From Azolla caroliniana (lineage: Eukaryota; Plantae; Polypodiophyta), in contig JBHGNT010000009.1 in the NCBI GenBank assembly GCA_043228905.1, positions 10,416,001-10,480,000 on the forward strand: a stretch of 64,000 nt of DNA, read 5' to 3'. The notes below the pieces were generated by a model that was given only the letters and a program-made list of their open reading frames with translations, made no database searches and was not told where the DNA came from. Of this stretch, positions 25,534 through 38,652 are shown one piece after another. Numbering within the stretch: the stretch's first letter is position 1; each line of letters opens with the position of its first letter. The position numbers were made by a program, and so were the translations under genes.

Positions 25534-28500
25534 TCACTCGTCGCTCTCCGATTCTTCGCCGGGCCCGAACTGATCATCGTCATCACTCTCGTCCACGTCC
25601 TCCGGGTTCGGCTCGTCCTCGAACCGCTTCTTGAATGCTTTGATCCGCTTCCTGGCCACCGGTACCGCTAACCGTGTCCCATCGAGTTCCGCTAGGTGGT
25701 ACGTGTTGTTGTTGTTCGCGCTCGTCATCGTGTAGGGCCCAAACCATCTCCTCGCGAACTTTCGCACCGCCTTGTGCTGATTGTCGAGGCTGCTGTCGTA
25801 CACCAAGACCCAGTCGCCTTCCTCGATCTTCTTTGGTCGCAACCGGTGCGTCCGGTTGAATCGGGTCTTATTCTGCTCCCTTGCCACACGCAACTTTTAC
25901 TTCGCCCTTTTCATGTCCTCCGGCCTCCGCTCGAGTTGCCGAATCCGCGCCGCCAGCAACTCCTCCCAGCTCATCTCGTCCTTCCAATCTACCGCCGCCC
26001 ACGAAGATACTTTCTGTTCCACCAGCATGATCGGCTTTTGTCCATACATCAGCTCTGCCGGCATAAACCTTGTAACCGAACTGTGCGTAGTTCAGTCCGC
26101 CTATAGTGCGTAAGGAAGGAGCCACGGCCAATTCCCGACCTGCCCTCCGCATGCACGCACGAACGCCTTTACGATCGGCCCGTGCCCACGTTCTACCTTC
26201 CCGTTTGCCTCCGGATTGTACGCCGTAGTGAGGGAGAGTTTGACCCCTAGCCGGTCGAACAACTCCTCAGCTTCCCGTGCATCCAGCTCTCCCCGGTCCG
26301 CCACGATCCTCCCGACGCACCCGTATCGACACACTACCTCTTCGAATAGGAACCGGCATACCGCCGCGGTTGTCTTGTTCTACAGTGCATGGCCTTCCAC
26401 CTGGTTCGTTAAGTCTTCTCGTGCAAGCGCCAGGTATCACATCTATCCTACTCCCATCGGCATCATCACCAAGTCTACCATCCAGTTGAAATGGACCGTA
26501 GGCGGGTAGGTCGGGTGTAGCTCGTCCCGATGTCAGACTATGGAGTGCATCTGATAGCTTTCGCAAGTCGTTACGAACCGATGCACGTCCCGGTACAACC
26601 CCGACCACCAGTACTTCTCCTTCAGCTTCTCGAATGTGGCCCACGTTCCGCGGTGCCTGGCCCAGGGACTCTCGTGATATGCCGCTAATAATTCCTCCTG
26701 TTCTTCTTTCTTTACCACTACTCGGAGTGGGATGCCGGTTCTTTTCTTTGGGTGCCTCCATATGCACCCGTCCTGTAGGAAGAATTAGTACGCCTTATTC
26801 CGTACCCGGCTCGCCTCTTCTCTTGTCCACGTTGTGTCCGGCGTCATCGCCCGCAGGAACCTCCCGATTTGGAACCACTCTCCATCATACCTCCTTTCGT
26901 CGAATTCGTTAAGCGCCGGGGTGTCCCCTTTCCTCGTCGTCACGTTAGCCGATCCGAAGAAGTCCTCGCCGACTTCTTCGTCATCTGAAACCATGCCGTC
27001 TTCGTCGTTGAACCTCGCTCTCAAAAGCACGTCGGCCATGGCGCTATCTTTTCTGGAGATGTGCCGTATCTCCGGGTTCAGGGACTTAATGTACGCTATC
27101 CACCGGAGCATTGCTAGCTCTGGCGTCGTGCATCCGGAAACCATGCCGAGTATCGGCAGGCAGTTCGTCTTGATGATCACTTCCGTCTCGATCAGATAGT
27201 CCTTGTCGGCCTTGGCTGCCGAAACGATACCCCAAAGCTCGCGCTTAACTTGGGCGTATCCTCGTTGCCGCTCGCTCACTACCTTTGCCCCGAACCGAAT
27301 CGGGAACCGTATGCCGTCTTTGTCCTCCTGACCGATTACCCACCCAATCCCGGTCGGGCTCGTGTCCACCGTCACGTAGATGGGGACTCCCTTGCTATAA
27401 ACCGCTTTACAAGAGCTGGAGCTACCGTAAGCGCCTCCTTTAGTCTCCGGATCGACTCCGTGTGCTCCGTCCTCCACTCAAAGCTACGCCCCCCTTTCAA
27501 TAGTCCGTAGAGGGGTTCTGCAACATGTGCATAGTGCGGGATCCAGATGTGGTAGAACGCGCATGCACCCAAGAATCTGCGGACCTCTGTAACCGACCCG
27601 CAGTCGTCCTTCATCGCGGAGATGGCTTCTACCTTTGCTGGAGACGGTTTCCTACCGTAAGGCCCGCACAGGTGTCCGATTACCAAGATCTCCGACTGCC
27701 CGAACGCCGATTTTTCTCCGGAGAAGGTGAGTCGTGCGCTCTCAAGCCTCTGCAACACCTTCTCGCAGTCGTTGATGTGGTTCACTACGAACCTCCGGCA
27801 TCCGTTTGGCCCGACAGTCTCGTCCGCATCTTCCACCGAACGCCCCTTTATGGGGATGTCGTCCAAGAATGGCATGGTGACGTCTGGGATGCAGTCCCTC
27901 AGCACCTTGTTCATAGCGTTCACCATATGCGCCACCGAATTCGTCCTGCCTTGTGGTAGGGTACACATCTGTACTAGGCCGAAAGGAGTTCGCATCATCG
28001 TGATATCCCTGCTCTCCACGGCTAGCTGGAACTGGTCGTACCCCAAGTATAAGTCACCGACCGAATAGATTGACCTTACAGCAAAGGCCTCCGTGAACTC
28101 GTCTATGGTCGGTCCGATTCCTGCGTTACGGATGGTCACCCTGTTGACCGGTTGCAGGTCCTGAATGAAGCGCAGCGTGCCGTTCTTCTTCGGCACCGTA
28201 AACCACCAATTCGAATATGGGACACTCGACGGTTTGAGGATGCCCATCTCCACCTTTTGCTTCAGAAGCTCCATCAACTTCGGGATGTGAGCTCTCGGCA
28301 CCGGAATCGGTTTGAGATTCCACGGTACATGCGGTACCTTGAAGATCACCATCGGTTCGACAATCGTCGGGTCCACGCACCCAATCTCCTCCAGCAAGAA
28401 TGCGAAGGCTTTCCCATGCCTTCCGAGCATTCTCCGAAACCTGTCCTCCTCCGCCGGCAGTAGAAAGCCACCCCCACCAACCTTGAGCTCCCGTAGCGTT

Positions 28501-29012
28501 ATGTCGGTGAACCGGTGCCCTATGCCAGCCGGGTTCCGTAAACTTGGGTCCGACGCGACCCCTTTTATCCACTCCTCGCTGCCCTCCGGCAAGGGTGCCG
28601 CAACTGGCCTCACCTTCCGGTCCACAGTCTTGTACTTTGTATCCACGCGGGCCGTCTGATCCGACCCGATCCTTTCCCCGAAGTCCGCGATGACTTCGTA
28701 CATTCCCATCGAACTAACCGGAATGGTCTGGTCTTCTCTAAGGCCTTCACCGATCACCTTTCGCAACTCGCCCAAGGTGTCGTCAAAAGAGACCGCCTCC
28801 ACGGCGCCGCTGATTTCTTCGTCGGGGGAGAGGACTCCGCATCCCCTGAGCCGCTCCTCCGCTCGCTTCCTCTCCCGGCCGCTGACGCCGGCTATAGTAC
28901 AACCTGCGTTTTCGGAGAACCAAAACTTCCTACCTACTGTACATGTGTGGGGTTCTTCCAGTACGTCTGGACTACCGCGGCCCCACACCTTGATAGCCCT
29001 CTCTAAAAATCC
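25534..29012 (-). pseudogene. pol (RT, RNase H, INT) of the Phygy-like element
   Basis: FIQDLQPVN, LPQG, PFLDDIP, VTVDTSPTGIG, YHESPWARHRG, IVADRGE, YNPEANGKVERGH, RRWFGPY. Confidence 0.92.
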
Positions 29013-31123
29013 CCTCAGCTGTCGCTGCCAAGGGTCTCACGATTCCTCTCATGGTTCGGACGTACGGTCATGAATTGGACGGAATGCCGACCATCTTGGC
29101 TCTTGATGCGTACGTACACCGAACCGTTGTCCAGCACCTTCGTCTCCATGTGTGCTGCCGTAATGTACGGTTTGCCAAGAATCACCGAGTGCGAGGATGT
29201 TTCCTGCATGAAGAAATGTTGATCTATCTCGACGCCACCGATCTTTACGCGTACATTCGGGCACGCACCATGCAGCTCCTCCGTAGCATGCGTCGCCGCG
29301 CGTATCTTCCACCCATGCTTGGTGTTGATTGGCCATTTACCCTTCTTGTAGAAATCCATGGACATCAGGTTGATTTCGGATCCATGGTCTACCAAGGCCA
29401 CCACTGGTTGCGGAATGTCGGCGATCCGCACAGGGGTTTCCGTTGTTGCCCTGGCCCAATGCGGCTTCGCGTAGTGGCTTTCCGCCAACTCTTCTTCTTG
29501 GGCCGTGTCTTCTAAGTGCGTAGTCCGCACCTCCACCGACTTCTCCGGTTCTAGCTCCATCGAGAGCCTCTTCCGCTTCACCAAGTCTACGATGGAGTCG
29601 TGGAACTCCCTCTTGGCGATTCCCAGAACCTCCCGCAACGACAACTCCACTTTACTGTCAAAGATCCGCTCTTCAAGGACCTTCCATAGGTCCGTTGCTC
29701 TCTCGATTTCGGTGCTCAACCAAAACCCCACCTTTTTCTTCCCATCCGGCGCGCTTGGGTTGCCGGCACCGGTCGGTTTCGGTCTGAACTAGGTCTCGTA
29801 CCTCTACAGGGGACTGACCCCTCGGGCCTTTCCTGCCCGTTTGTCTTCCACCAGAACCTCGTAGTTTTGGCAAGCGGCTTTTACAAAGCCCGTTTTCTCT
29901 TCGACTGGATCGTCCCATCCGGTGACCTCCTGGACCCGCTGTTCCGCGCGGTCCGCCTCTTCCTTCTTCAGTCAAACTCCGGAGACGCCTTCCAGCACTA
30001 GCGGCCAGAATCCGGAGTCCTTCGCCTTTTGGGTCTCGTCACCCCCGACCCGAATTCCCGCCGACACTGAGTAGCTAACGGCTTCTACATGCCGTGCTGC
30101 GGCCTCTTCCATCAACCTCTTCATTCCGCCGCACCCCGTATTCAGTTCTAGGGCTCTCCGGGTCTCGCTCGCGTGCACCCGCCCATTCCAGGGGTACACC
30201 ACGTTGGTCCTGAGTGCGTCGGCGAAATCCGTGCAATCCTTTCGAATGTGACCGATCGCGTCACACCACATGCACTGCTGCCCAGCCGCCGGCCTCCGGT
30301 CGCGAGGTTGTTCGCCGCTGTCTCTCCGGGCCTGTGCGATCTGCAGGTCGCGCACCATCTGTGTCAGCTCCTCTAGAGCCACTCCTCCGGATGGGCCTTT
30401 GACCACGTCGTTTGATGCCGACCCCAACTCCAGCCAAATTTGGGTCTCTTCCTTCCTCCCGGCTGGCACTGATACCGTAAGTCTCCTCACCGGGACCGGT
30501 CCTGACTCCGACGAGCTTTCGTCTCTCCACTCGCGCCGTTTATCGAAACGGCTGCAAACCCGTTTTACCACGACCCAGTCTGTCGTGAGCCCTTCGTCTG
30601 TCTACAATAGGGGACGCACCTTTTCCCTGTCGAGCGCGTCCAACGACTTCACAAACAGTAGTACTCGACTCGTTTCGAGCACGGTCTGGTCCAACGTTGA
30701 CAGCCGCGCGAATCGTTTTTCGAACTCCTGGAGGAGCGCCAACATGTTCCTCCCTTTTCTAGAGCTTTCCACCCACGCCATGAAGTCCCGCCTCGACAGC
30801 CGAAGCGAGTCATCAAACCCGTACTTCTCGAGGAGCAGCAACTTGAACTCCTCCCAAGTCTGGCATCCGGCCAACACCTCTGCGTGGATGCTCGGCGTTA
30901 CCACCCGAGGGAATCCGGACAGGCACCTGTCCACCGGGATATCCCTTATGATCATTTCGGCTCGGTAAGCCTCCAAATAACTTGTGGGATTCTTCCCACC
31001 GAATCGGCCTATGTTGCCGACGATCGATTCAATGGCTCTGTCGAGGGTACCCGTCCCCTTGCGAGCGCTCACCAGCCGGTCTACGGCTACCACCATTGCC
31101 TCTGCTAGCTCTGATCCCCTCAT
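29003..31123 (-). pseudogene. gag-protease of the Phygy-like element
   Basis: CMWCDAIGHIRKDC knuckle and ALVDHGSEINLM protease motif; frame ends ...GDF* at 29003 once premature stops are ignored. Confidence 0.85.
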
Positions 31124-31226
31124 CTTCCGACTCCTTTGCCGCCTGTTCACGTTGGGTTCGCCAATTATGTCGCGAAGTTTCGCGTTCGCGTGCCAGAAGA
31201 GGCGGGAACACGGGGGTCTTGGACCA

Positions 31227-31265
<39 letters not shown>

Positions 31266-31832
31266 GCAGACGCACAGAAAGAAAATAAGAGCAAGAAACA
31301 GGAATCTGATTACTATAATCAGTAGCTTACAACTCGAACAGTTACAACCGGCAAACCGGTAATGGACTTGACACGGGGTCCCACTCACGCACACAGACGA
31401 CATCCACTCGACTCAAAGAAACAAAAGGGGGAAGGAGAGAGAGAGACTCTGCTGGAAGCACACGGGCTGTCCACGAAGCAGAGGCAGCGAACTCCCGACA
31501 CCCACAGAGAATGGCGATCGGAGGAGACAGAGCTCGGCACTCGGTTCTGCAGCAGCCCTTCGTCCTCGCCAACGCACGATCCCCTTTTGTTCTTCCTTCT
31601 CTCCCTCCTTAAATAGTTTATTCCCTGCCCCCTTCGACAGAGATATGCACAATCCCCTAATAAATGTGTACTACCTAGTATTTACATCAGCCGACCTAGT
31701 TATGAATCATGTACAAAATATCAATTCTCGAGTCCACCCATGTAAGAGCCGATTCATGCGCCTTTTTCTTCGATTCCGCCTATGGCCAGTTTTCTTCACG
31801 ACATCGTTATGCCGTTCGGTCTAACCAATGCA

Positions 31833-33815
31833 CTCACAGTCTTCGAGCACATGGCAAATGTGATCGGTTCTTCGTTTCGGCCACACCAGTTTGTTTCGAT
31901 GTGTATCGGCAGTTGGATGCCCTTTGAATTTCTTTTAGCTGCAGATAACTATTGAATTGGCCGGAAAAGTATTCTTTTCTGCCATCCGACTGTAGGCACT
32001 TGATCTTCCTCTCCGTTTTTCTTCCTGATGAGGTAGATCCACGTGTGCTGGCTCTAGTCATCGATGAAAGAGACGAAATATTGGCTCCCGCCAAGACGAA
32101 CGTTCTGTGTCGGTCCCCATACATCCAAATGTATTAAATTGAGCTTGTTACGGCTCCAGTTTCTTTCGGTGGGGAACAGAAACCGGTGTTGCTTCTCGAG
32201 TTGGCATGCTTCACATATGTGGGGCTTCCGACCACTGAATTTTGGCAAACCGAAAACTGCATGTTTCGATTGCATGTGTTGAAGCTGTTGATAGTTGACA
32301 TGGTTGATCCGCTTGTGTCACAGGTCCATATCCGATTTGACCTTCTGTCCTTTTGCAAACAAAGGGGTTCCCATGTCGTTGGTGTCTTGGACCTCGCGTC
32401 CCTGCGCCCTTCCACAATTATCCGGCTTTCTTCCTCGATGAAGCACCCAAGGTGCCTAAACTGCACCTGCATCCCCTAGTTGATGATTTGCCCAACCGAC
32501 CCCAGGTTCTTTGTGATTTTTGCAAGATGTAGTACGTTCATTAGCTTTCCCTATTGCCCAACATGGCTTAAAGGGTCTTCTCCGACATGCACAATCTGGT
32601 GAGAAGTGTTGTCTCTAGTTTCGACAATTGCCTGTTGCTCTGGCTTTTCCAAAAACGAGAACTACTCTTCATGGCTTGTCATGTGGTTTGATGCATCGGA
32701 ATTAACATACCACAGTTCCTCTGATTCGGAAGTGGTCTTCTTCATTGAGTTCGCCTTGTACTTCATTACAATGGCTGACCCTTTTCCGTTCTTTTAGGTT
32801 TTGGAGCCGTCTGATCCTTCTGCGTGGTGCGAGCTTTGCCAGCTTCCTTGAGCGGTCTTATTGGATCGGGATTTATCCAAATCGATGCGGTTCTTCCAAC
32901 ACTCATTTTCCCGCTGGCCTTTCTTGCCATAGTACCAACATTTCGTGTCGGTTTTCCCTTGCTAGTTTCCGACGCTGCTTTGACTCCCCATGCTAGTGGA
33001 GGGTCCGGAACTGCTATCGGTACTATCTTTGTGCCTCCGGTTCTACTCTTGTCGGCCACCTGCATTGCGTGCTGACCCACATCATCCCCCACGCCCAAGG
33101 GTCTGATCCTCCTCCATGTACAACATCCGGTTGTCCGATTGAGTGGTCCTTGACCCACTCACGTAGTTTGCTTTGACAATCAACATCGATTACAGATTGA
33201 AGGACGATGGGTTCTCCCGGGTGCAAATTGCCATCCGGATTTGCTCGTACCATTGTGCTAGACCACCGAGTCTGATCTCGACCATCTCGTCCTCATCAAC
33301 AATCACATTGATGGAATTGAGTGGGTCGTAGATCTCATTGACCTTGGTGGTGTAGTTGGTGACCGACTGTTAAGCTCTTGCTGGAGCTGCACCTTCCAAG
33401 TTGTGGAACTTGCGGCGAAAATCTTCCAGAGATTTTCCCAAGCCCCTTTCGGCGTTTTTGCATCCCTAATGTAGCCAAGCATCTGGTCGTGCACACAAGA
33501 GGCGAGGTAGTACAACACTCTGCACACTCATTGCTCCCATGCCGAGAAGTCCTTGTGTGTCGAACCCGACGCCGCTACATTTGCTCCTTCCACGTAGCTC
33601 TAGTATCCGCGCCCCACCAGGTACTCGTGTAGTTTATACGGACTCACAGAAGTACTGAGAAATACTTCAATGCCCAAACCAGCCTCTAACGACCTATCGG
33701 TTACAATCCGATCCGGCTCCTGGTTCCGGACACTACCCGGTTCTCTGTTCTGGATACTGATCCGGCTCTAGCTTATTTAGCCGATCCGGATCCAGTTGTG
33801 CTTGTCCACTCAACA
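31833..33815 (-). mobile_element. Bryco-like copia derivative, unit A (U3 fused to gag; gag, PR, partial INT)
   Basis: Homologous to 8230-10070; U3/gag junction near 33635; LTR end CAACA at 33815. Confidence 0.85.
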
Positions 33816-34660
33816 CTCCCCCTCAAGCTCAACTTGAGGTCGGATTGCAGTATCTGTGTGTTTGGTCACCGGTCACCTCCTGTGGCTCCCCCAGGCATCC
33901 TCCCGCCTTGCTCATGCTCCTCGACCCGACCGGTTCCACTTTCCATGACCCATCCGGTCTCTACACGTCAGTCTTCTCGGTTGGCTTGTATGCTCATAAG
34001 GCCCTTCTCAGATCCTTTGCTGTTGCAACTTTGGCGGTCCTCAACCTGTCGGTTCCTCCGTGTCTATGTTAACTTCTTCTGCCTCCAATTCGTTCCACCT
34101 CTTGTCTGAATTGGGTGTCTCCAATTTGTCCTCAATCTTCAGACCCTTCACGACATCAGACCATGTCCGTGTCTTGGCCTTCCTAGAGTTGCAACCTCTG
34201 AGTTGCGGAACTTCTGGAGAAAATCCTCCGGAGATTTTCCCAGGCCCCTTTCGGTGTTTTCGCATCCCTGATGTAGCCAAGCATCTGGTCGTGCACACAA
34301 GACGCAAGGCAGTACAACACTCTGCTCAATCCTTCCTCCCATGCCGGGGAGTCCTTGTGTGTCGAATCCGACGCTGCTACATTCGCTCCTTCCACGTAGC
34401 TCCAGTATCCGTGCCCCACTACGTACTGGTGGATTTTATACGGACTGACAGAAGTACTGACAAATACTTCAATGCTCATACCAGCGACTGACACTGACTC
34501 CCAAAACTATGCCTACAAACTAGGAAAGATTTGTAGGCCTCTAACGGCTTACCGGTTACAATCCGATTCGACTCTCCGATACGGCTCCTAGTTCCGGATA
34601 CCTACCGGGTTCTCCGTTCCGGATACCAATCCGGATCTGGCTGAGCTTCTGCGCCCAACA
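33816..34660 (-). mobile_element. Bryco-like derivative, unit B (U3, gag start, 3' extension, PPT), in tandem with unit A
   Basis: PPT at 33816-33830 abuts the U3 of unit A; YKIHQYVVGHGYW; junction near 34437; ends CCCAACA at 34660. Confidence 0.85.
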
Positions 34661-34739
34661 AGAAGCGTATGTGTAAGACAGGGACTATAGTCGATTATTT
34701 GGAAATACAACAGTTAGGTCAACATTGAGTAGGAGATTG

Positions 34740-35295
34740 ATAGATAGATAGATATATTATATTATCGTCTTCGGATGTCAAATATGACCTATGAGACCAA
34801 AAATATTACATTTCACGTGATACGTGTGAAAGTCAGTAGTGACTCTTGATGTCCAAGAACTTTACCAATGAATGTTGCAATCGAGAATGCACATTGTGGT
34901 TGTGAGAGGAATTTATGCAAGGATTGGCCTCGGTCGAAGAGATGTGGAAAGCATGGTCGAATATGATCAAAGCCAGAGCATTGTCTCAAAGTGTGATACT
35001 CAGACTCGCGAACTTATTTAGGGCAAAGTGTGCATAGCCGACCACTCTCATCACTTGTCCCCCAACACCCTGTCTCATATCACAATGCATGTGAGCTAAG
35101 TCACATGGAAGCAATGGTTCAAATGGAAGATAACGGTATGGGCTCTAACATGTATCGATGTGTACGATTTCCCCGTTCTGCAAAGAATATGGTTTTGTAG
35201 TTAGGTGCAACATGTGTAGTATAATGTGTGAAGCATGAACCTCCACATTTGTCCCATGTCATGATACATTGGCGTTGCAAAAAGGCCTCATTTAC
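34740..35295 (-). mobile_element. 3' fragment of an RTE-X-like LINE
   Basis: Encodes LCTLCPK..RESEYHTLRQC (CCHC); (TATC)n tail; homologous to 54785-54857 plus 58166-58660. Confidence 0.8.
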
Positions 35296-35329
35296 AGAGG
35301 AATCTAATGATGCATCATGATGGCCTCCC

Positions 35330-36770
35330 ATTCCTGTGCCCTTCCGTAATTATCTAGCTTTCTTCCTCGATGAATCACCCAAGGTGCCAAAACCGCACCT
35401 GCATACCCTAGTCGACGCTCTGCCCGACCGACACCAGGTTCTTTGTGATTGTCGGAACATGTAGCACGTTCTTTAGCTTTCCCCGTTGTCCGACATGGCT
35501 TAAAGGGACTTCTCCGACATGCACAATCGGGTGAGAAGTGTTGTCTCCAGTTTCGACAACTCCTAGTTGCTCCGGCTTTTCCAAAACAAGAACCACTCTT
35601 CCTGGCTCGTCATGTGGTTTGATGCTCCGGAGTCAATGTCCCACACTTCTTCCAATCCGGAAGTGTTCTTCTTCATCGAGTTCGCCTTGTGCTTCATCAC
35701 AAAGGCTGGCCCTTTTCCGTTCTTTGTAGTTTCAGAGCCTTCTGATCCTTCTAAGTAGTGGGAGCTTTGCTGGCTCCCTTGTCTGGTCTTGTTGGATCGG
35801 GATTTATCCGAATCGGCATGGTTCTTCCAACACTCACTTTCTCAGTGGCCTTTTTTGCCATAATACAAGAATTCCGTGTCTATTTTCCCTTGCTGGTTTC
35901 CGACGCTGCTTTGACTCCCCATACTAGTGGAGGGTCCGGAACTGCTATCGACACTATCTCTGTGCCTCCGGTTCTGCTCTTGTCAACCGTGTGCATTGCA
36001 TGCTAACCCACATTGTCCTCCACACCCACGGGGTCGATCAACCTCCATGTACAACATCCGGTTGTCCGATTGAGTGTTTCTGGACCCACTCGTGTGGGTT
36101 GCTGCGACCAACAACATCGATTGCAAATCGAAGAAGGATGATGGTTTCTCCTAGGTGCAAATTGCCATCAGGATTTGCCCATAGCGTTTAACTAGACCAC
36201 CGAGGCTAATCTCTACCATCTCGTCCTTGTCCACCTTCACATTGAAGGAACCAAGCGGGTCGTAGATCTCCTTGATCTTGGTGGTGTATTCGGTGACCGA
36301 CATGTCCCATTACCGGATACTGTTAACCTCTAGCTGGAGCTGCAACTTCCAAGTTGTGGTACTTGTGGCGAAAAACTTCCGTAGATTTTCCCAGGCCTCT
36401 TTCAATGTTTTCGCATCCCTGATGTAGCCGAGCATATGGTCGTGCACATAGGACATGAGGCAATACAACACTCTGCTCGCTCCTTGCTCCCATGCTGGGA
36501 TGTCCTTATGTGCCGAATCCGGCATTGCGACATTCACTCCTTTTACGTAGCTCTAGTATGCATGCCCTAGTAGGTAATTGTGAATTTTATACAAACTGAG
36601 AGAAGTACTGACAAATACTTCAATTGTTATATGAGCGACTGACACTAACTCCCAAAAATATATACCTACGTACTAGGTTAGATTTGTAGGCCTCTAATGG
36701 CCTACCAGTTACAATCGATCCGGCTCTCTTATTCGGCCCCCGGTTCCGTATACAATCCAGACACCTACCC
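35330..36770 (-). mobile_element. Bryco-like derivative, unit C
   Basis: gag-PR homology (VVETGDNTSHPI); U3/gag junction near 36588. Confidence 0.85.
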
Positions 36771-38136
36771 GGTTCTTCGTGCTCCTCCTTCAGTCTGGTT
36801 GCGCGTTCCACGACCCCTCTGGTCCAAAACTTCGCGACCCCTCTAGTTCTGCACTCTTATACCTGCTCGGTCGGCTTGTCTGCTACCCATGCCCTTGTCA
36901 ACTCGACCTGTCGGTTCCTCCATATCGGCGTCGGCTTTGGCTGTCTCCCTATATGCTTGGCTTTCATGCTTCTCGGCTCTTCCGAATCACTCTTCTCGAC
37001 CGATTTGGTTGTCTGTGATTCGTTCCCACTCTTGTCTGCACTGGTTGTCTCCCATTCATCCTCCTTTAGGCCCTTGACCACATCTGACAATGTCCTAGTC
37101 TTGGCCTTTATCTTCAGGTCGGCTCTGCCCTTCTTTGCTCTGCCACCTGCCTTGCCTTTCTCGGCCCTGCCTCCCCCTTGTTTGGATGGCCCACTCCCTC
37201 TAGTTCTCGCTCCTCCCCCTCAAGTTTGGCATAGTCGAGGTGTTGTATGCCAAGCATTCCTGAGAGTTGTCGTAACTTGTCTAGGCCAAAAGGTTTGGTG
37301 AAGATACCGACAACTTGCCAATGAGTCGGGACTCAAAACATACACAAGTTCCACTTCACCGAAGAGAACACACTCACGGACAACATGATAGTGCACCTCA
37401 ATGTATTTGGTCCGGGTTTGGAAGACAGGGTTCTTTGCAAGTTGGATGCTTCTGAGGTTGTCACAGTATATCATTGTCGCATCAGACACCTCCACATGCA
37501 GATCCTTCAATAACTTCTTGAGCCAAATGGGTTCGCACGTCGCGAAAACCACTCCTCGATATTTGGCCTTGGCGCTTCCCGATGAGAATGCAAAACCTGA
37601 TGTTGACTTGCGATCACCGGCATTTCCAGCCCAATCAAGATATGTGTAGCCGACTGACGGGAACTTGTTGTTCCTTATGCGCAACGCTCGGCCACAACCG
37701 AGATTCTTTTCATACACAGAAAACGAGAAATGAAGCGCGACACAAAGGAGAGGAAGATACACAGGAGGTTAACGTGGAAAACCCCAAACTAGGAGAAAAA
37801 CCACGGCAGCCCACAGGCTGCAAACTGTCACTATGTATGAATGTACAAAACAGTGAGTTCACGGAGGCAACGACCCGAACTCACAATCTTCGCCACAAGC
37901 GGCGGTTACAACAGAGGCTACGACCTCTTTCTCTCTCTCTCTGTACAACGTTACGTGCTCTCTGTTCTTCTTGCACCAACAAAAAAAAACAACAACATAA
38001 TATTAGTTTGCCCTAAGTCATATTTATACTAATATGACTTTTCGGCTATTTACAAATATAGCCATGATGGGCTCTCAGAAACATATTTACGAATATGTCT
38101 CTTCCTCCGGTTCATACCGGGTCTGCACCAGTCCTG

Positions 38137-38540
38137 CACCATCCGGCTCTCCGTAGCCGGGTACTCCTCATCCGGTTCGTACCGGGCCTGCCCCATCCGG
38201 CTCTCCGTAGCCGGGTACTCCTCATCCGGTTCGTACCGGGCCTGCACCATCCGGCTCTCCGTAGCCGGGTACTCCTCATCCGGTTCGTACCGGGCCTACA
38301 CCATCCGGCTCTCCGTAGCCGGGTACTCCTCATCCGGTTCGTACCGGGCCTGCACCATCCGACTCTCCGTAGCCGGGTACTCCTCATCCGGTTCGTACCG
38401 GGCCTGCACCATCCGGCTCTCCGTAGCCGGGTACTCCTCATCCGGTTCGTACCGGGCCTGCACCATCCAGCTCTCCGTAGCCGGGTACTCCTCATCCGGT
38501 TCATACCGGGCCTGCACCATCCGGCTCTCCGTAGCCGGGG
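38137..38540. repeat. 54-bp tandem repeat in U3 of the 3' LTR, about 7.5 copies
   Basis: Unit CACCATCCGGCTCTCCGTAGCCGGGTACTCCTCATCCGGTTCGTACCGGGCCTG. Confidence 0.95.
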
Positions 38541-38652
38541 TCCTCCTCATACGGTTTCGGCATCGGCCTATCGGCCTCGACCGAGTTTGTTCATCGTCGT
38601 TGATCTTCTCCCTTCCCATCTGGAGGGACCTGTCTCCCAACGAACTCCCCCT

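Larger units (their letters stand above)
25081..31803 (-). mobile_element. Ty3/gypsy non-chromovirus (Phygy-like), left LTR truncated
   Basis: LTR homology 25081-25464 vs 31404-31803; PPT GGTGGGGGTGGA 25465-25476; GC-rich internal region. Confidence 0.92.
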
